From: Gaiellaceae bacterium
GTDB lineage: Bacteria > Actinomycetota > Thermoleophilia > Gaiellales > Gaiellaceae
DNA: 64,000 bases
Assembly (NCBI GenBank): GCA_033857955.1
Contig: JAWVCW010000015.1
Location: 59,514-123,513 of the forward strand
Reading direction: 5' to 3'
The notes below the pieces were generated by a model, which did not search any database, was not told where the DNA came from, and worked only from the letters and a program-made list of their open reading frames with translations. Positions 59,754 through 64,000 of the stretch are shown one piece after another. The position numbers were made by a program, and so were the translations under genes. Position 1 is the stretch's first letter. Every line of letters starts with the position of its first letter.

Positions 59754-62153
59754 GTGTTGCGGAGGTTGCGCTCGCTCGCGGGTGGCATCGTCGCCACCGG
59801 AATGATCGTCGCGTCGCTGAGTCCCACAGGTTCAGCCGCAGTTGGCACGCCGCACGACGGCTCGGCAGCCTCGACGCCGGTTCCGTCACTGACACCGGCG
59901 GCCACGCAGCGGCTCTGGAGCGAGCTCGTGCAGCGGCGAGACGTCCACGCGCTGCGAACGGCCGACTGCCGGCCGCTCCGCGCCATCTTCTATGCGCCGA
60001 CGGACTGGCTTCGCCTCACCACGAAGCTCGCAGCGACCCCGTCCTCCTGTGCGCAGTACTACATCTCCGTGCCACCGCTCGCGGGCGACAAGACGCAGCT
60101 GCGGTCCGGTGAAGCGTCCCGAATTCGCGCGCTCGGACCGACCTTCAACGCGCTGGCCGAGATCAACGTCACAGGCTGGACATCCTGGGTCGCGGCCACG
60201 GGCAACTCCTGGTACGCGGCCGGGGTCGAGGCCCGGCGCCGCATGGCCGCTGCCGGCTACGACGTCGGCGCGGGCGACACGTGGGCGCTGAACGAGCTCT
60301 CATCCGCGGTCCGCCAGGGCGTCGGAGTGGCGCGCGCAAACATGCGCGCCTTTCTCAACGGCCTCTATGACGGAGACGGGGTGCTCCCACCCTCCGTGCG
60401 CGGCGTGGTATTCGTCGCTGGGATCGGACAGGCGGCGAGCGATCTCTCGGTCTACCAGGCCCGATTGCAGGAGTGGTTCGAGGACGCGGGCTTCTGGAGC
60501 GACGTCAGCCGCTATGCCAGCGACTTCTCACAGGAGGTCTACGGCGACCTCCGCACCTATGCGGTTACGGGCACGACCCGAGAAGCGCGGCGCGACTCGC
60601 TCAACGAGTACCTGCAGCACCAAGCCTCGCTCGCCGACGTCGCGCCCGGATCGGGCGACGCGGCACGAGCGTTCCTCGCCGCCACGTACAGCCCGCTCGC
60701 CAACGCCGCCTGGCAGTACGACGCCTCGTTCGGCTGGACGAACATCCCGGTCGATCTGATGCAGGACTACGTCTCGGCGCAGACGTACGCGATGCGCGCC
60801 GCGGGGAACGGCCGCTTCGGCTTCGCCTGGTCGCCACGGAACCTCGCCGGCATGCCGGTTGGAGACTTCGCCGCGCAGACCGATGCGCTGCTCGTGCGAC
60901 TCGCTGCGGCGATCGCCGACTCGGGCGACGTTCCGGAGGCCGCCTGCGGCTCGACCTGGTGCAACCGCACGCTCGACGGCGCCGCGGCCACGACCGCCTG
61001 GCGCACCTTCGCCGCCTGGAAGCCATCGGTGCTCGCGTTCACGTCGCCGCCGCAGACCCTGTCCCCGGGCGTGGCGTCGGCGCCGCTGACAGTCGAGCTG
61101 CGTACGAGCAGCGGGACGGCATACACCGCCGGGCTCCCCGTGACCGTGGAGCTGTCGTCGTCTTCGCCGACGGGCGAGCTCTCGAACGCGAGCAGCGGGC
61201 CCTGGACGCCGGCGCTCTCGACGCCGATCGCCTCGGGCCAGAGCGTGACGAGCTTCTACTTCCGCGACGCCGGCAGCGGCTCACCGACGATCGTGGCAGC
61301 GGCGGCAGGCAAGACGGCGGCCACGCAGGCGGTCACAGTCGCGGCCCCGTCCGCGGACTCCACGCCGCCCGCACTCCCGCCCTCCTCCGGCGGCTCGCCC
61401 GGCTCCGGGCCCGACCTCCTCGTCGAAGCGAGCGCCGCGCCGCCCGCACCCGCCGTCGGCACAACGATCACGTACACGATCAGCGTCAGAAACCTCGGCG
61501 CCCCCGCGTCACGCGCGTTCGTCGCAGTCCAGCTCCCCTCGCAGGTCGCCTACACCGCGAGCCAGACCGACCGCGGGCCGGGCTGCGCCGGCACGACCAC
61601 ACTCACCTGCGACCTGGACTTTCTGGCCGGCGAGCTCGTCGGCACGGTGCGGGTGCAGGCCGTCGTCCGCGAGCCCGGCACGCTGACGCTGACAGCGACC
61701 TCGTCGGCCCAGCCTCGTGACCTCCAGCCGGCGAACGACAGCGCGACGGTCGTCACGGCCGTCGCTCCGCCCGCCCCGCTTCGACCACCGGCGGTCGCCG
61801 CTCCGATGCTGCGTCTCGTCGGCACAACGCCGGCGGGAGTCGTCCGTCGCGGGACAACCGCCTCCGTGTCGATCCGCTTCTGGGTCAGCGACGCAGCCCG
61901 GCTCCAGGCGCGCCTGACGCCGCTTCGTTCGACCCGTGCCGTCCCGCTGCTCGCGGGAACCTCGTTTGCGGGAAGCCGCTCGTCCAAGACCAGAACGGTC
62001 GTCGCGACCACAGTCTCGGGCCACGGTGCATACCTCTTGCGGGCGCGGGTCGGGGCCGCCCGGCTGCTCCGGGGGCGCTCGTACCTCGTGCGGCTCACGG
62101 CCGTCTACGCGGGTGGCCGGCAGCGAACGCTGACAATCCGCGTCCGGGTCTGA
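59754..62153 (+). CDS. Large secreted protein with a C-terminal DUF11-type repeat domain
   Basis: RBS AAGGGGG precedes GTG 59754. Signal-like N-terminus. DUF11-like LVEASAAPPAPAVGTTITYTISVRNLGAPASRAFVAVQLP...ANDSATVV. Confidence 0.75.
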   Translation: MLRRLRSLAGGIVATGMIVASLSPTGSAAVGTPHDGSAASTPVPSLTPAATQRLWSELVQRRDVHALRTADCRPLRAIFYAPTDWLRLTTKLAATPSSCAQYYISVPPLAGDKTQLRSGEASRIRALGPTFNALAEINVTGWTSWVAATGNSWYAAGVEARRRMAAAGYDVGAGDTWALNELSSAVRQGVGVARANMRAFLNGLYDGDGVLPPSVRGVVFVAGIGQAASDLSVYQARLQEWFEDAGFWSDVSRYASDFSQEVYGDLRTYAVTGTTREARRDSLNEYLQHQASLADVAPGSGDAARAFLAATYSPLANAAWQYDASFGWTNIPVDLMQDYVSAQTYAMRAAGNGRFGFAWSPRNLAGMPVGDFAAQTDALLVRLAAAIADSGDVPEAACGSTWCNRTLDGAAATTAWRTFAAWKPSVLAFTSPPQTLSPGVASAPLTVELRTSSGTAYTAGLPVTVELSSSSPTGELSNASSGPWTPALSTPIASGQSVTSFYFRDAGSGSPTIVAAAAGKTAATQAVTVAAPSADSTPPALPPSSGGSPGSGPDLLVEASAAPPAPAVGTTITYTISVRNLGAPASRAFVAVQLPSQVAYTASQTDRGPGCAGTTTLTCDLDFLAGELVGTVRVQAVVREPGTLTLTATSSAQPRDLQPANDSATVVTAVAPPAPLRPPAVAAPMLRLVGTTPAGVVRRGTTASVSIRFWVSDAARLQARLTPLRSTRAVPLLAGTSFAGSRSSKTRTVVATTVSGHGAYLLRARVGAARLLRGRSYLVRLTAVYAGGRQRTLTIRVRV

Positions 62154-62329
62154 CGCTAGAGGATCGACCAGAGAGCGAGGGTGAGCACCGCTCTCAGAAG
62201 GGCGGCGGCACACGTCGCCTGAAACGCTCGGTCGGCTGTCCTCGCCCGCGTCGCCGACAGCCCTCGCCGAGCGCTCAGCCGAGCGCCGACCCCGAGCACG
62301 AACAAGCCGTTTGCGCGGCCGCTTCGAAC

Positions 62330-63388
62330 TCAGGGGTTCGTGGCAGCCGTGGTGCCCGCCGTGGCGGGCGCGGGGCTCGCAGGTTCGGTGGTCGTGGTCT
62401 TCGGTGGTGAAGCCGCCGGTGCCGGAACCGGGCGGGGAATGACCCATGAGATGGGCAGCCAGAGTTCGACCACAGAGCACGGAGTGCTGCGTTCCGTGAC
62501 GACATGGAAGACCGCCGAGTCGACAGCTTTGGGAACCGCGTTCGTCGGAGGCTGACCCACGTCCAAGAGGATCGCGTTCAACTGGCCGAGCTCACACTCT
62601 TTCCCAAGCAGCGGTGAGAGCTCTGCGCGGTGTTCGGTGGGGACGACCACGAGAACGCTGCTCGGCGTCTTGGGCAGAAACTCACCCGTGACGACTTTCT
62701 GGCGATCTCGCTCTTCCTGCGCAACCCTGTCCTCCCGCTTGATCAAGTCGGCGTTCGTGGCCAGAGCGAACGTCGCGGCCCCCAAAGCCGCGAGCAGCGC
62801 GCCGACGAAGAGGAACACCGTGGCCCAGGTGCTCACCATCCGCGCCCGTTCCGCTCGCGCAGTTGGCAGCAGGGTGACGTCCCGGGCCTCGAGCAGCCGA
62901 GTCCGTTCGTCCGCAGTCGTCTCAGCTAGCGGTCGCCGAAGCTTGGCGAGCTTGTTGAGGCGCTTTTGGAGCGACTCGAGATCGGGTTGACCTCCTAGCA
63001 AGTACGGGTTTCCGTCGATCAGCTTTCGGATGCGAGATGCGAAGTATCCGTCACTCAGGAGGTAGTTCAGCGTGACGCGGCCGGACCGTGCCTGCCAGAT
63101 GACCGAACCAACGAGGATGCCGACACCGACCACGAAGGCGACAAGGCCGACGTACGCCAGGAAGAGGTACGTGCCGTCTAGCTCTCCCTTGCCAAGTCGA
63201 TCGAGTGTCAGCTTGGTGACTGCAGCGGAACCCACAGCCGCGACTGCGCCAACGGCCCACTTTCCTGCTGCTCCGACCCGCGCGATGTACGAGTCCGGGG
63301 ATTGACCGGTGTCTTCCGGGGCCGGGTTCGGTGCCGGCCCGCCCGGCGGCGCTTCCCCAGTTCCCCCAGCAGCTCCCGGGTCGGTCAC
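62330..63388 (-). CDS. Membrane protein (hypothetical, three TM segments)
   Basis: 352 aa. TM segments (WAVGAVAAVGSAAV, LFLAYVGLVAFVVGVGILVGSVIW, ATVFLFVGALLAALGAATFAL) with a Pro/Thr-rich tail. Confidence 0.6.
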   Translation of the reverse strand: MTDPGAAGGTGEAPPGGPAPNPAPEDTGQSPDSYIARVGAAGKWAVGAVAAVGSAAVTKLTLDRLGKGELDGTYLFLAYVGLVAFVVGVGILVGSVIWQARSGRVTLNYLLSDGYFASRIRKLIDGNPYLLGGQPDLESLQKRLNKLAKLRRPLAETTADERTRLLEARDVTLLPTARAERARMVSTWATVFLFVGALLAALGAATFALATNADLIKREDRVAQEERDRQKVVTGEFLPKTPSSVLVVVPTEHRAELSPLLGKECELGQLNAILLDVGQPPTNAVPKAVDSAVFHVVTERSTPCSVVELWLPISWVIPRPVPAPAASPPKTTTTEPASPAPATAGTTAATNP

Positions 63389-63430
63389 GACGATCCCGCA
63401 CTCTGACGCCGCCTGGCCAACGTGCTCACC

Positions 63431-63688
63431 TCACAACCGAAGCTCGGGCCGTACCGGATCTTCCTTCTTCTTCTCCTTCTTCTTCGTCCTCTCTGGCCCG
63501 ACCGGCGGTTCTGTCGTCGATCCGGGGGCGATCACAACGTAGAGGTCGTAGGTCCCGAATCGCACGAGCCACGGCTTTGCGCGCGGCACGACGGTGACGC
63601 GGGACGGCTCACCGTCCTTCGGACTCAGCACGAAATCTGGCTCGGGCACGGCGCCTTCCCTCTGACTCGATCGATCGCGAAGCCGCAC
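63431..63688 (-). CDS. Hypothetical small protein with a Lys/Glu-rich tail
   Basis: ...FVLSPKDGEPSRVTVVPRAKPWLVRFGTYDLYVVIAPGS...KKKEKKKE. The start is uncertain (GTG 63649 or 63631). Confidence 0.35.
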   Translation of the reverse strand: MRLRDRSSQREGAVPEPDFVLSPKDGEPSRVTVVPRAKPWLVRFGTYDLYVVIAPGSTTEPPVGPERTKKKEKKKEDPVRPELRL

Positions 63689-64000
63689 AACGGCGGCGCC
63701 AACGTCTCACAGGCGGGGCCATGAGTCAATCGGCTCGAGACTACCGAGCCGGAGGCCGCGCAATCGACCCGCGCCGCAGCTGTGAAGATACGGGTGTGGA
63801 CGGGCAGCGACTTCACCTGGCAGACATCGAAGGGGCGGCTGGGCGTAGCGGCGCCGGCGTCGACTGGCGTGCCGTCGTGCTCGTTGAAGGGATCAGCGAC
63901 CGGTGCGCGCTCGAAGCGCTCGCTGAGCGCCGCGGTCGGAATCTCGACGCCGAGGGCGTCTCCGTCGTGCCGATCGGGGGCGCGCAGGCCATCGGAAGGC
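63625..64000 (-). CDS. Partial ORF (5' end outside the window) encoding a Cys-containing hypothetical protein
   Basis: The frame is open from the window edge to TGA (63625-63627) and shows high GC3: ...ERFERAPVADPFNEHDGTPVDAG...FDVCQVKSLPVHTRIF... Confidence 0.35.
   Translation of the reverse strand, partial: PSDGLRAPDRHDGDALGVEIPTAALSERFERAPVADPFNEHDGTPVDAGAATPSRPFDVCQVKSLPVHTRIFTAAARVDCAASGSVVSSRLTHGPACETLAPPLCGFAIDRVRGKAPCPSQISC

Overview
This is a very GC-rich chromosomal segment of Actinomycetota type, with strong G/C bias at third codon positions and many spurious antisense ORFs. Its backbone is a housekeeping block resembling the Streptomyces order pdxS-pdxT-yebC-ruvCAB...relA. It also holds a two-component system with an HtrA protease, recJ, a gamma-glutamyl-polyamine catabolism cluster with a permease, two MFS transporters, several dehydrogenases and one tRNA-Met. 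A complete Tad/Flp pilus locus lies at about 24.1-32.7 kb. It has two Flp pilins, TadE, CpaB, CpaE-like, CpaF, a vWA-TadB fusion, TadC and a translationally coupled coiled-coil protein. The most unusual region is 14.25-18.93 kb, which sits between yebC and ruvC. It carries six small tandem genes. Four are near-identical 66-67 aa proteins with a leader matching the double-glycine consensus and an Asn/Ala/Gln-rich, Cys-free core. They are followed by a strong hairpin, a membrane M50 (HExxH...LDG) metalloprotease, a secreted protein with two CxxC motifs that repeats the peptide core motif, and a lipoprotein. The second notable locus is 45.95-46.58 kb, a tandem duplication of a module made of a palindrome, a promoter-like sequence and a roughly 160-nt hairpin-closed RNA, located upstream of an MFS transporter. 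The two copies differ by compensatory changes in one stem. Other observations: three families of paired AT-cored perfect palindromes in intergenic DNA, one shared in opposite orientation between two loci; two probable frameshift or start-codon problems (the FHA regulator and the M50 protease); a helicase gene remnant; a collagen-like protein in a lower-GC stretch next to the tRNA; and two ORFs shorter than 60 aa that are missing from the ORF track (a second Flp pilin and a 59-aa member of the peptide cluster). I saw no rRNA, CRISPR array, transposase or integrase.
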